A DNA stretch of 64,000 nucleotides from a virus (Duplodnaviria > Caudoviricetes). The translations under genes were made by a program, and so were the position numbers. Under the pieces are notes generated by a model. That model was not told the DNA's origin and did not search any database. It saw nothing but the letters and a program-made list of their open reading frames with translations. The stretch covers positions 256,001-320,000 of IMG/VR virus record IMGVR_UViG_3300047160_036266. The stretch is one strand, 5' to 3'. Of the stretch, positions 25,531 to 35,531 are shown piece by piece (the first letter of the stretch is position 1; every line of letters starts with the position of its first letter).

Positions 25531-26145
25531 CTATGCAGGAAGTTCCAAAACTTCCGCCCTTTCAAACATATTTTGGTACAATTTGGTCCCTAGTCCGGTT
25601 GGCACCAGGGCTGTTTGGATACCCCTCGCCGCCGCAGCGAACAGAAACTCGTTCTCCACGCCGATGACCCAAGCCGCTCCCTGAAAATTATTGCCAACCT
25701 CGACTTCCAGGCCCTCGTCCCTGGCCAGATGGCGGCAGCGGTCGATCTGTTGTGCAGTCAATGATTTGGTTGGGATGACCCCTTCGGGGCTAATGAGGCA
25801 ATAGTCGCCTGGGGGCGGCTCCGGGACACTAATGGAGAGTGGGATTTGCGACTCTTCCATAAGGACTTCGACGGGATGGGATTGCAGGTCGCAGGTGAGG
25901 TTGCGGATGTAGGCGAAGTTCAACTCGTTTTCGCGCAGTTGGCTGTAGGTTAGAACATTGGGATGGCCGTCGAGCAGGTGAAAGACTTCATCCATGCACG
26001 CTATATAAACCTGAATGCCCGGCAACTCTTTCTCGATGTTGGGACGGAGCAGCAATAGTTGAACGAGATATTCGTTTGACCTGCCGAAATAACCAATGCA
26101 GTAACGGTCTTTGATCTTCGCATAATGCGGTAGGACTACAGCCAT
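25531..26145 (-). CDS. Divergent GT9/GT-B-like protein
   Basis: CLISPEG..PTKSL and AAWVIGVENEFLFAAAARGIQTALV parallel the GT9 C-terminal motifs. Start reassigned to the ATG at 26145 with SD GGAG. Confidence 0.5.
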   Translation of the reverse strand: MAVVLPHYAKIKDRYCIGYFGRSNEYLVQLLLLRPNIEKELPGIQVYIACMDEVFHLLDGHPNVLTYSQLRENELNFAYIRNLTCDLQSHPVEVLMEESQIPLSISVPEPPPGDYCLISPEGVIPTKSLTAQQIDRCRHLARDEGLEVEVGNNFQGAAWVIGVENEFLFAAAARGIQTALVPTGLGTKLYQNMFERAEVLELPA

Positions 26146-26267
26146 GAACACTCCAGACCACGAGAAAGCCAAATTGGGGGCCGACGCCCTCCATGAATTC
26201 TTCAATCAGTTCGGGCCACCCGACGTTTATAACAGAGTCCTTCTGGAAGAGGTTTTCAGGACGCTTT

Positions 26268-26618
26268 ATGGCAAAGATATATCTGTACCTGGCCCGCAGG
26301 GACAAAAAGGGCCTGAAGTTGGTCAGTGTGCTAGAAGGCCCGCTGACAGCCCCGGTTCGGTTAATGGATGTGAAGCTGCTCAACCTGCCCGGCAACATGG
26401 AGCAGGAGATTTCCCGCATCGTCCATGAAAACCGCATGTATTGGGAGCCGTGGTTGGAAAGTGCCGAGTCTTTTGAAGCTTTGAAAAAGGCAGTACGCAG
26501 TCGTGGCTATAGACAGGTGCCGGCCCACGGCAATCCGTTGTATATGGGTGATAGGTTCAGGAAGCAGGCAACAGTCCCGCCATCTAAACCCGTGCCGTCG
26601 ATGCTGAGAAGGATTTGA
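26268..26618 (+). CDS. Hypothetical protein
   Basis: Likely start at the ATG at 26268 (MAKIYLYL); the track ORF begins at 26193. Confidence 0.55.
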   Translation: MAKIYLYLARRDKKGLKLVSVLEGPLTAPVRLMDVKLLNLPGNMEQEISRIVHENRMYWEPWLESAESFEALKKAVRSRGYRQVPAHGNPLYMGDRFRKQATVPPSKPVPSMLRRI

Positions 26619-26915
26619 TTACAGACCGCCCTTACGCACGAAGAGCCTGGAAATGATAAACCGACCTGCATTAACCTCGATGAGCAACGCCTGCCCGTCC
26701 ATTTCAACTAGAGTTCCGCCGTCGCGCTTGAACTCCTTAGCTATCTCGTAAAGCTCGCCTTCCTGGGGTTCGATCTTTTCCAAGAGTTTTTTCAAGCTGA
26801 TCTTGGATTCGACTTGTGTTCCCACTTGGTTCCTGCGGGCCTCATGCTCGCTTTGGCTTTCCATCCACTTCTTGAACTCGTTGAGTGAAAAGGATGGTTC
26901 TCGGTGTTTAGCCAT
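26619..26915 (-). CDS. Hypothetical protein
   Basis: Overlaps the upstream ORF end; contains EFKKWME. Confidence 0.65.
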   Translation of the reverse strand: MAKHREPSFSLNEFKKWMESQSEHEARRNQVGTQVESKISLKKLLEKIEPQEGELYEIAKEFKRDGGTLVEMDGQALLIEVNAGRFIISRLFVRKGGL

Positions 26916-27747
26916 TTTTGTCCTCAAAGAAAGTCACAATTTCTTCTGGCCTTATATATGGCGCGTTCTCATATTCTAAACCCGCTGAAGAACTTCTTAT
27001 CTTGATTTCTTGATCCGAAGTCTTCAGCCAGTACATACACCCGTCGATGAATCCCTGGCCGATTCGCTGCTGAGGATATTGCCACAAGCCGTTGGGTAGT
27101 TGCTCGGCACCGGGCCGCTCCTCGCTAAATGAATCATCACAGCAGGCCAGAAGGAGTTTCCGAAGGTTGAAACGATAGGCAATACAAATGGCGGCACAGA
27201 TGGGGTTGCGATAATCGTCAATCTGGTATTCTACTTCGTTCCCCTTTGTCCCAGAGTACCGCTCGTCACCCACGGGAAGGTAGCGGTACTTTATGCCACG
27301 GTAGCGTTGTAGAAACTCGTGATTTGTGCGCACCGACGCTATGCAGCGAGGAAATATGCGGGGCATGAAGTGCAAGCACTCCGGGTAGGGATTGTTGACA
27401 ACATAATATGCTGGAACCCTGGCTTCCTGCCATTTCTTGAGGGCGGCATTTACGGCTATGATCGTTACCGATTTGTCCAAGCGTCCAAGTACCTTTTGCA
27501 CGGCGTTGAAGTGATGGCCGTCCGACACGATGACGACTTTATCATGACGGAATGTTTCTCTGTCCACCCAAGGGTTCCGGCTCCGGTTGTTAATTGTTTC
27601 ATTTTGCAATAGGACCGGGTAATCTTGTTGCCTGGTCAGATTGTTGATGTCAACGTAAGGCACCAGATGCTTGGTGAAGTTCCTGACCCACATACCTGTA
27701 GGCGTCAGCAGGTACTCGTTCTTGTTGCTGTGTTTCTTGATTATCAT
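26908..27747 (-). CDS. DUF115/MAF (MptE-like) glycosyltransferase-related protein
   Basis: VVIVSDG...TIIAVNAAL...PAYYVVNNP...NPICAAICIAY..NLRKLLLACCD follows the MAF/DUF115 motif order. Start at the ATG at 27747, 1 nt after the fibre stop. Confidence 0.55.
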   Translation of the reverse strand: MIIKKHSNKNEYLLTPTGMWVRNFTKHLVPYVDINNLTRQQDYPVLLQNETINNRSRNPWVDRETFRHDKVVIVSDGHHFNAVQKVLGRLDKSVTIIAVNAALKKWQEARVPAYYVVNNPYPECLHFMPRIFPRCIASVRTNHEFLQRYRGIKYRYLPVGDERYSGTKGNEVEYQIDDYRNPICAAICIAYRFNLRKLLLACCDDSFSEERPGAEQLPNGLWQYPQQRIGQGFIDGCMYWLKTSDQEIKIRSSSAGLEYENAPYIRPEEIVTFFEDKNG

Positions 27748-27748
27748 G

Positions 27749-30700
27749 TTACTTCTTTGGGCATGGCACGATGGCAACGCAGGCGGGGCCATCCTCGCTG
27801 TCTTCCCCTGTCAGCTTCGATACGTCCAGTTGAATCTTCACGTCTATCGGTGCGCCCTTGTAGACCAATTCGACCTCCGGCTTCTCAGGCATCACCAATT
27901 GGATGATCGAGGGCACGCTGCCGATCAACTCGATAACACTTGGCACGCCGGCCACCTGGATAACGTCGGGAATGCCAGAGGCATCCAGGGTGATAACTGT
28001 CGGCAGTTCCCTCGGCATCTCGATGGTTATTACAGTAGGCAGGTTGCCAGAGTCCACCACAATCCGGCTGGGGATGTCCGTCGCCACCACTTCGATGGAC
28101 TGCGGCAGGTCGTGCTTCAGTTTGATCTCAGTCGGGATTGGTTCCTTCATCTCGACCTGGATATTTGGAATCTTGGGGGTATCCACCTGGATCATTACCG
28201 GAATGTCATGGATCACCCGTATGTCTGGTATATGCGGCATGACGATATGGATTTCAGATGGAATACCCAGGCTCTCGGCCACTGCTGTCATAGGAATGCC
28301 GCCGAAGCTGTCTTGGAAGTCCTCGCCAAGCTGGGTGGCCCCGACCATTGAGGCGGCGCTAGGACATTGCACCGTGACAATGCAGGAGATCGTCGGCATT
28401 GGTGTTGGGAACGTCACCGATATTGTTGGGGCGTCAGCAAAGCTGATAATTGTCGGTACGGTGGCCGGAGCGAAGGTAATGCTCGTGGGGATGGATACGG
28501 GCGTAATCGTGATCTCAGTCGGCACCGTCACCGGAGCAAAACTGATATACGTCGGCAGTGTCACCGGCGTAAAGGCGATGGTCGTTGCAAAGGTTACGGG
28601 CGTTATCTTGATCTCAGTCGGCACCGTCACTGGAGCAAAGCTGATGTAGGTCGGCACCGTCACCGGAGCAAAGCTGATGTAGCTTGGCAGTGTCACCGGG
28701 GCGAAGCTTATGTAGGTCGGTAGCGTCACCGGCGTAAAGGCGATGGTTGTTGCAAAAGTTACGGGCGTTATCTTGATCTCAGTCGGCACCGTCACCGGAG
28801 CAAAACTGATATACGTCGGCACCGTCACTGGAGTAAAGCTGATGTAGCTTGGCAGTTCCACCGGGGTAAAGGCGATGGTTGTTGCAAAAGTTACGGGCGT
28901 TATCTTGATCTCGGTCGGGAATGAGACGGGCGTAATCTTGATCTCGGTCGGCACCGTCACCGGGGCGAAGCTGATATAGGTCGGCACTGTCACCGGCGTA
29001 AAGCTGATGTAGCTCGGCAGTTCCACCGGCGCGAAGCTTATGGCGGTCGGGAACGATACTGGTGTTATCTTGATCTCGGTCGGGAAGGAGACGGGCGTTA
29101 TCTTGATCTCACTCGGCACTGTCACCGGGGCGAAGCTGATGATGCTGGCTACTGTCACCGGGGCAAAGCTGATATATGTTGGAACGTCTACCGGGGCGAA
29201 ACTAATGGCAGTCGGGAACGATACCGGGGAAATCTTGATCTCGGTCGGGAACGACACCGGCGATACCTTGATCTCGGTCGGGAACGACACGGGGGTTATC
29301 TTGATTTCGGTCGGCACCGTTACCGGCGCGAAGCTGATGGTACTCGGCACCGTCACCGGCGCGAAACTGATGGTACTTGGAAACTCTACCGGGGCAAAGC
29401 TAATGGCGGTCGGGAACGATACCGGCGAAATCTTGATTTCAGTCGGGAACGACACGGGCGTAATCTTGATCTCAGTCGGCACCGTCACCGGCGCAAAGCT
29501 GATGTAGCTGGGAACCTCCACCGGGGCGAAGCTAATGGTACTCGGCACCGTTATTGGCGCGAAGCTGATGGTACTTGGGAATTCCACCGGGGCGAAGCTG
29601 ATGGCGGTCGGGAATGATACCGGGGAAATCTTGATTTCAGTCGGGAACGAGACGGGTGTAATCTTTATCTCGGTCGGCACCGTCACCGGCGCGAAGCTGA
29701 TGTAAGTAGGAACCTCCACCGGGGCAAAGCTGATGATACTCGGCACCGTAACTGGCGCAAAGCTGATGTAACTCGGCAATTCTATCGGTGCAAAACTGAT
29801 GGCGGTCGGGAACGATACCGGGGATACCTTGATTTCGGTCGGGAACGAAACAGGTGTAATCTTGATCTCGGTCGGCACTGTCACCGGCGCAAAGCTGATG
29901 TACGTCGGCACTGTCACCGGAGCGAAACTGATATACGTCGGCACATCCACCGGCGCGAAGCTAATGGCGGTCGGGAACGAGACGGGCGTAATTCTGATCT
30001 CGGTCGGGAACGAGACGGGCGTAATCTTGATCTCGGTCGGGAACGAGACGGGCGCAATCGTAATCTGAGTTGGGACCGTCACCGGGGCGAAGCTAATGTA
30101 TGTCGGCACCGTTATCGGTGTGAAACTAATAACGGACGGCACACACATGGGGGTGAAACTGATGATAGTCGGTATTGCGGGAGGCGCAATTTCGATTATC
30201 GGAGGAATGTCCACCGGCGTGATGAATATAAACGTCGGAATGTATACCGGCGTAATGCTAATGAACGTCGGGAAGGTTATCGGCGTAAACTCAATCAACG
30301 ACGGAAAATCAATTGGCCCGAAAACGATGATGGTCGGTATGTCAATTGGCCCAAAGTTGATGATGGTCGGTATCGTTACGGGGCCGAAGTCGATGATCGA
30401 CGGTATATCAATCGGCCCGAAATCAATCACCGATGGGATCGAAATGTCAATGGGTCCGATGTCGATGGCGGACGGCACTACGATGTCAATGATTGACGGA
30501 ATGCTGACAGGCCCGAACTCAATCAAGCTGGGAATCTCAATCGGCGGCTCGACCACGATGACCGATGGTATGACAATTGGCCCGATGGGGCTGATGTCCA
30601 GGCACGGCAACACTATGGGCGGCGGGATGATTGGGACCGAAGGTACGGCCACGCTTGGGAATACCAGCGGCGGGATGGTCGGGCATTCGGGAATCGGGAT

Positions 30701-31462
30701 TTCAAAGGGCTGTTCTACCGGGGGAGTCGGCGGTTCGGAAACATTGCTCCGCTGGTTGGGTGTCTGCGCGATCTGGCATTTGCCATTCGACACGCTGATA
30801 ATGGGGTCGATATTGGCGCTGGGTGCATAGTTGTAGGTGCCCACCAGTTGGGAAGTCGTGAACGCCCCGTCACCGAAATCGAGACGGAAATCCGTGTAGG
30901 TGCCGGTAATAAGGACGTTATACTGGACGTGCGTGCCGGTCGCCGGGTCCGATGAAAGCACGTCGAACTGAAAGGTAATATCCGGGCACGCGAAGTCGTC
31001 AAAGATTACCGGGGTGCCTTGCAAGTGCCGGATGCGCCAGTCCAGGGTCGGCAGGAGGGTCGTGAAGTTCTCCCCGACGAAGTTCTCGATGTTGAGGACG
31101 GCGTTGATTAACTGGTTGTGTTGTTCGGCTATGACAAAACCACGCACGTCCGTGCCACCGGGGTTAAATTGCGTGGGCTGCCCGCCCAGGTTGCGGCAAC
31201 AGCGTTTCAGGGTGACGACTTTGCCGCTGGCGTTCTTATCCACGGCGTCGTAATAGAACATTTCGCCGTTGATGACGGCAAAGCCGTTGTCCGCCCATAA
31301 ATCTTGGCAATCACCGGCTACCGGCCTGATGGGGATTTCAAGGGACCAGGGCTGTGTATCGGCGGTCGTAACGGTTTCGGCGGTGTTATACACCAAGAAT
31401 AGGGTATAATCACTGTCAATTCCGAAAGGATAAACCGATTGTGGTGGAAATCCGCTTGGCAA
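27749..31462 (-). CDS. Large repeat-containing virion fibre/spike-like protein
   Basis: 1237 aa with TTG start. N-terminal module is shared with the two upstream genes, followed by a PKD-like DFGDG segment and ~60-65 tandem 11-aa repeats. Confidence 0.8.
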   Translation of the reverse strand: MPSGFPPQSVYPFGIDSDYTLFLVYNTAETVTTADTQPWSLEIPIRPVAGDCQDLWADNGFAVINGEMFYYDAVDKNASGKVVTLKRCCRNLGGQPTQFNPGGTDVRGFVIAEQHNQLINAVLNIENFVGENFTTLLPTLDWRIRHLQGTPVIFDDFACPDITFQFDVLSSDPATGTHVQYNVLITGTYTDFRLDFGDGAFTTSQLVGTYNYAPSANIDPIISVSNGKCQIAQTPNQRSNVSEPPTPPVEQPFEIPIPECPTIPPLVFPSVAVPSVPIIPPPIVLPCLDISPIGPIVIPSVIVVEPPIEIPSLIEFGPVSIPSIIDIVVPSAIDIGPIDISIPSVIDFGPIDIPSIIDFGPVTIPTIINFGPIDIPTIIVFGPIDFPSLIEFTPITFPTFISITPVYIPTFIFITPVDIPPIIEIAPPAIPTIISFTPMCVPSVISFTPITVPTYISFAPVTVPTQITIAPVSFPTEIKITPVSFPTEIRITPVSFPTAISFAPVDVPTYISFAPVTVPTYISFAPVTVPTEIKITPVSFPTEIKVSPVSFPTAISFAPIELPSYISFAPVTVPSIISFAPVEVPTYISFAPVTVPTEIKITPVSFPTEIKISPVSFPTAISFAPVEFPSTISFAPITVPSTISFAPVEVPSYISFAPVTVPTEIKITPVSFPTEIKISPVSFPTAISFAPVEFPSTISFAPVTVPSTISFAPVTVPTEIKITPVSFPTEIKVSPVSFPTEIKISPVSFPTAISFAPVDVPTYISFAPVTVASIISFAPVTVPSEIKITPVSFPTEIKITPVSFPTAISFAPVELPSYISFTPVTVPTYISFAPVTVPTEIKITPVSFPTEIKITPVTFATTIAFTPVELPSYISFTPVTVPTYISFAPVTVPTEIKITPVTFATTIAFTPVTLPTYISFAPVTLPSYISFAPVTVPTYISFAPVTVPTEIKITPVTFATTIAFTPVTLPTYISFAPVTVPTEITITPVSIPTSITFAPATVPTIISFADAPTISVTFPTPMPTISCIVTVQCPSAASMVGATQLGEDFQDSFGGIPMTAVAESLGIPSEIHIVMPHIPDIRVIHDIPVMIQVDTPKIPNIQVEMKEPIPTEIKLKHDLPQSIEVVATDIPSRIVVDSGNLPTVITIEMPRELPTVITLDASGIPDVIQVAGVPSVIELIGSVPSIIQLVMPEKPEVELVYKGAPIDVKIQLDVSKLTGEDSEDGPACVAIVPCPKK
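28430..30585 (-). repeat. Coding tandem repeat, 33-nt/11-aa unit (PTYISFAPVTV / PTEIKITPVSF / PTAISFAPVEx)
   Basis: Visible directly in DNA and protein; the units form higher-order blocks. Confidence 0.95.
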
Positions 31463-31504
31463 AGTAACCCCTCTTTTCCTTATATACCTCTCGCAGCAAC
31501 AGCT

Positions 31505-33793
31505 TTAGAAAATCCCCATCTGCCATTGCGTTCCATCGGGCCTGGACCCCAGCGCCGAAAAGGTCGTGTCCACGTCACTGAACTTGATAAAGGCGTTGGT
31601 GCTGTAGTCAAAGCTGAGGTAGGCTTTGTGGTCGCCATCGGACGTTGCAACCAGGGTGTTGGCTTGGTTGTCGTAGCCGATTACACTGGCATCTTGCAGC
31701 ACTCGGAAGGATGAAGAGTTAAGGCTCGTATTGTTCGTCTCCCAAACCCCGCTGGCGTCGTTGTAGGCTGACACCGCACCCGAATTGTTGAAGAAGTACA
31801 GTCCTGAATTCAGTGGCACCAGTCGCCCCTCGATTTTCACCAAACCCGCCATGTCCGGCAACTTCCGAATATTGACCGCCTCCACCGTGCCTACAGGTTC
31901 GCTGCGGTAGAAGCTGCGCAACTTGAAGAAATCACCCACATTGTCGTTGCGCACGAAATATCCGCTCGCTCCCTTCCAAGCGGAACGATAAACACTCATG
32001 TTCCCATCAAGAGGATTACCGCTGCCGTCATATTGAGCGGGATTTTGCATCAGGTCCGTCGCTCCGTTCAGATAGTTGCTTGTATAGATGGGGGTGTTTG
32101 TGTTGGCCTCTGTGATGAGGTTCGTAGTGTCCATCGTTTGGTTGGTGGGCGAACTGTTGGGGGCAATGGAGCCGGTTACGCCGCCCAGCAAAAAGTGGAC
32201 GTTGTTGGGTGAGGCCAAGGCCACCCAATTCCAGGGTCGGTTGATGGTCAAGCGGCGTGTGTAGATGTCGCTGAAACCCTCGTATTCCAAGAACTCGATC
32301 CGTTCACTGGACGGTGGGGCCGTTACGGAACGCCCGCTGGCCCAATAAACAAGGCAAGAACCGCCGTCACCAGATAAGGTGGAGCCACGAGGCGTAAAGC
32401 CGTTGTTATGAGTGAACTCGTACAGTTGTTGTACGGCGTTTCTGTCGCCGGTGGGCAAGAAGCTGGAATCGTAACTGATCTGGAAAGCAGCCCCCTGTTT
32501 CGCCTTGAAAGTTTCACTGATGAGGCCGTACTCACGGGATTGAATATTCTGGGTGGCGTCGATGGTCCAATGCCACATATTTAGTTGCTCGATGATGTCG
32601 AAGGCGCTGGGCCACTTGGTAATCCGGTAGGCCCCAAACTTCGTGTCCACCCGCAAAATTAGGTCGTATATTCCGCCAATGCCGTAAGAGGCCGTGGTCG
32701 TCGGAGAGTTCGTGTGTAGCAGGTCGTCGCCTGCCGCCCAGGTGTAGTGGGTCACTGGATCAATGGGGTTGTTGTACCCGTCGAGCAGTTCGCCAGCGAA
32801 AGATCGGCCCGTGTTCGGGTTTACTCCTGGCGGAACCTCGGCCTGAATGATGCTCCCGGTGACGGCGCGAATGACAGGGGGTGTGACATAAGGACCGCCA
32901 ATGGGCACGCCAGGGGTGACGATCTGCCCGGTGTAGGGTGCGAACTCGAATACCGCCTCGTCAGGGGCGGCAATGCGAGAATTTATCATCCCCGGCATTA
33001 CCACTGTGTCGGAGCCGAACTTGTTGGTAACTGTCAGTGTCACGTCGAAGATGCCCGGCTCGTTATAAGTCTTGGTAATGGGACCGCCGCCAATATCAAA
33101 TACCAGCACGTTGCTCATGTTTGGCGGCACCGCTGAAATAACCGAGATGATGGAGATAATGCTGCCGGTGTTGTCACCGAAATCCCATTCGATGGTTACG
33201 GGATCGTTTACGCTGTCGGTGGCCAGGCGAAAGCTCTGATTGGTGAAGATAACCGTCATAGGCACCAGGCCAACGGTTTTGTCGGTGGTAAACCAAGCCC
33301 TCGGCACCAGCACTAACTTGCGCAGGAAGTTGATTCTGCCCTCCAGGGTGGGGCCGAAGGGCCGGTCGTCAATGGTGCCCTGGATGCCAATGAAATCCTC
33401 GATGGCAATAACGGCATTCTTGAGGTTGTTGTGGTGATCGGCCATGACGTTCATGGTTACGTCGGTAATGTATTTCGGCTTGGGGCAATCGGTAAAACAT
33501 GGCAGCAATTCCACGTCATTAAAGCTCATGGTCACGTTGTCGCTGGCGAGCGTGCGACTGTTGTAGAAAAATGACAAGGCACGCAGGGCCGGGTCGCTAC
33601 ACTGCTCGGTCAGCGTAATCTGTCCGGTGGCCGGGAACGTGAAGAACATATTCTGGTCCCCAGAGACGTAGATCACCTTGTCTCCGGCGCTGTAATCTTC
33701 CGCCAACTTCATGCGCAGGGAGTCATGCACCAAATAGAGGTTGGTGATGGTGTCAAAAGCTTCCGGGTAGTTGCTGGCTGTTGGAATTGTCAT
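31505..33793 (-). CDS. PKD-domain-containing virion structural protein
   Basis: PKD motifs WDFGD and TYNEPGIFDVTLTVTNKFG; N-terminal YPEAFD and HHNNLKNAVIAIE module. Confidence 0.75.
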   Translation of the reverse strand: MTIPTASNYPEAFDTITNLYLVHDSLRMKLAEDYSAGDKVIYVSGDQNMFFTFPATGQITLTEQCSDPALRALSFFYNSRTLASDNVTMSFNDVELLPCFTDCPKPKYITDVTMNVMADHHNNLKNAVIAIEDFIGIQGTIDDRPFGPTLEGRINFLRKLVLVPRAWFTTDKTVGLVPMTVIFTNQSFRLATDSVNDPVTIEWDFGDNTGSIISIISVISAVPPNMSNVLVFDIGGGPITKTYNEPGIFDVTLTVTNKFGSDTVVMPGMINSRIAAPDEAVFEFAPYTGQIVTPGVPIGGPYVTPPVIRAVTGSIIQAEVPPGVNPNTGRSFAGELLDGYNNPIDPVTHYTWAAGDDLLHTNSPTTTASYGIGGIYDLILRVDTKFGAYRITKWPSAFDIIEQLNMWHWTIDATQNIQSREYGLISETFKAKQGAAFQISYDSSFLPTGDRNAVQQLYEFTHNNGFTPRGSTLSGDGGSCLVYWASGRSVTAPPSSERIEFLEYEGFSDIYTRRLTINRPWNWVALASPNNVHFLLGGVTGSIAPNSSPTNQTMDTTNLITEANTNTPIYTSNYLNGATDLMQNPAQYDGSGNPLDGNMSVYRSAWKGASGYFVRNDNVGDFFKLRSFYRSEPVGTVEAVNIRKLPDMAGLVKIEGRLVPLNSGLYFFNNSGAVSAYNDASGVWETNNTSLNSSSFRVLQDASVIGYDNQANTLVATSDGDHKAYLSFDYSTNAFIKFSDVDTTFSALGSRPDGTQWQMGIF

Positions 33794-34803
33794 TAAAACA
33801 CCGTAATCTTTTCTGTTAGGAACGCCCGCTTGAGTGCCTGGTTGGCAAATACAATCAGAAGCGAGGGCGAGTAATTGCCTGCCTTCTGGTAAACGTGAGT
33901 GGCCGTGTGGTTGTTCGGGTCTTCTACGGTCATGCTATCCCCGTCATCGAATATCCAGTAACGCTGGGAGATGTTGCCGTCCGTCTGGTCCACGAAGTTA
34001 AAGGTCGTCGGCTGCCCGCCCAGCGAATTGGCCCGCTGCGCCGAGTCTCCCTGGATGGGCGAGACGTAGAAGAACGGGGCCTTGGCGTCATTGCTAACCG
34101 TGATATAATTGCTTTTGGTGGCAATCCCTAATGCCGCTGTCTGCGTAATCAAGTTCATGCTGACGGTGAACGCCCCCTCGGTTAAGTAGGTGTGGATCGG
34201 GTTCGTTTCTATCGAGGTCGTACCGTCGCCAAAGTCCCACAGGTAACGAACCTCGCCCCGGTTGCTGAAGTTCTGAAAACGAACCCGCAACGGCGGTGGC
34301 CCAGACAGCGGGTAAGCGCGAAACAGGGGTTTCGGGGCCAAAAAGGTCGTTTCCAGTTGCTTGAGGATGCCATTCAGGGAAGCCGCATTGGGGAAATCCT
34401 GAACCCCCAGGTTTACCTCGATCTGTTGCACGGCGTCCTTGACGGCGTTGTGGGCTTCGGCCATGACCCCACTCGTGACCGCTGTGCCGCTAGGCCAGGT
34501 AGTTTGCCTGGAGCCGGCAAAACCACGAATGAGTGTCTGGAATTGCGTTGGGGTCGTATTGCCGTAGTAAATCAACTCCGCATCGCCCGTGGCGCTCGGT
34601 CCCACTCGCAACAGCCCTGTATCGGGGAAGGAAGTGGTATCCTCCACAATGAGATACTTGCCGTTATAAGCAAGGCTCTGCCTGAGAACGGTTTCAGAAA
34701 GGTTCTTGGCGACGTACAACTGTGAGGGGTTGTCCCTTGCCAATGGATATAAGGATAACAACCCCGTCCGGTATCCTGGGTCCAGGGAGGATATTCTACT
34801 CAT
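33793..34803 (-). CDS. PKD-domain-containing virion structural protein
   Basis: Two PKD repeats (YLWDFGDG..HTY..G.FTVS; YWIFDDGD..HVYQKAGNY); N-terminal HNAVKDAVQQIE module. Confidence 0.8.
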   Translation of the reverse strand: MSRISSLDPGYRTGLLSLYPLARDNPSQLYVAKNLSETVLRQSLAYNGKYLIVEDTTSFPDTGLLRVGPSATGDAELIYYGNTTPTQFQTLIRGFAGSRQTTWPSGTAVTSGVMAEAHNAVKDAVQQIEVNLGVQDFPNAASLNGILKQLETTFLAPKPLFRAYPLSGPPPLRVRFQNFSNRGEVRYLWDFGDGTTSIETNPIHTYLTEGAFTVSMNLITQTAALGIATKSNYITVSNDAKAPFFYVSPIQGDSAQRANSLGGQPTTFNFVDQTDGNISQRYWIFDDGDSMTVEDPNNHTATHVYQKAGNYSPSLLIVFANQALKRAFLTEKITVF

Positions 34804-35473
34804 CTAACTCCTTGTGCTTCAGCATTTCCAGCTTCGCCTTTTGGCCGTCCAATATATGTATCGCCTCCTGCTTAATTGGTGCGTCATTATTAAGGGCCAG
34901 GACCGTTTTCATAAGTTCAGTGTCAATAGGATGTTGCATCAACATCCGCATGTGGATGTCCTGCGTGAGCCGGGCGTTCCAATATTCCTTCTGCGCCCCC
35001 AGATCGTCGTAGGGGCGAGGCGGTTCTATTTCCGCCAGGGCCTCGAAGGCTTGCACGAAGAACCGGGCCTCCTCCTCGGTGTTTTTCAGCCGCTCCCGCA
35101 ATTGTGCCATTGCCTCTAATACGCCAGTCCGCTGGCGTTTGACCCGCCGGACCTTAATTTCGGTTTCTTTAACGTCGAGTTCTTGCGATTGCCGCTCGGC
35201 AATGGCGGTGGAGAGGGGTTCTTGCAACTTGAGGTTGAGGCGGGCTTCCTCTATATCTAGCAGGGCGAGCTTGTCATTTGTGTCCTCAAGCTCCAAAAAT
35301 ATGGCTTTTATCGACTCCCGGCGCATTTTCAATTCCCGGAGACACTGCCAGAGCTTGCTTTGGTGGGTTGGCTCCTTGCCGATGATAAAGTATTTCATCT
35401 GGAAGTAACTGTGGCGGCTGGCCACGTCGTTTTTCAAAAGAGCGTCCATTTTCGTCAGTAAATCGCTTGACAT
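34796..35473 (-). CDS. Coiled-coil hypothetical protein
   Basis: 225 aa, heptad-rich; SD AAGGAG. Confidence 0.75.
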   Translation of the reverse strand: MSSDLLTKMDALLKNDVASRHSYFQMKYFIIGKEPTHQSKLWQCLRELKMRRESIKAIFLELEDTNDKLALLDIEEARLNLKLQEPLSTAIAERQSQELDVKETEIKVRRVKRQRTGVLEAMAQLRERLKNTEEEARFFVQAFEALAEIEPPRPYDDLGAQKEYWNARLTQDIHMRMLMQHPIDTELMKTVLALNNDAPIKQEAIHILDGQKAKLEMLKHKELDE

Positions 35474-35495
35474 TGGGTTCTCCTTCCGGGAAAAT
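35467..35495 (+). promoter_or_regulatory. Candidate sigma70 promoter TTGACA-N17-GAAAAT
   Basis: Perfect -35 at 35467-35472, 17-nt spacer, 4/6 -10 at 35490-35495, upstream of the NDT-like gene. Confidence 0.5.
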
Positions 35496-35531
35496 AAGCT
35501 GGTATTTTATTAGAGTCGCACGGAGGCATTT

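Noticed and set aside
28430-30585. CRISPR array suggested by ~33-nt periodicity
   Set aside because: There are no unique spacers; the repeats are contiguous, synonymously variable codons within one ORF.
27903-30830. Plus-strand ORFs over the fibre repeats (27903, 29040, 29799, 30096)
   Set aside because: Antisense shadows of the repeat-coding frame.
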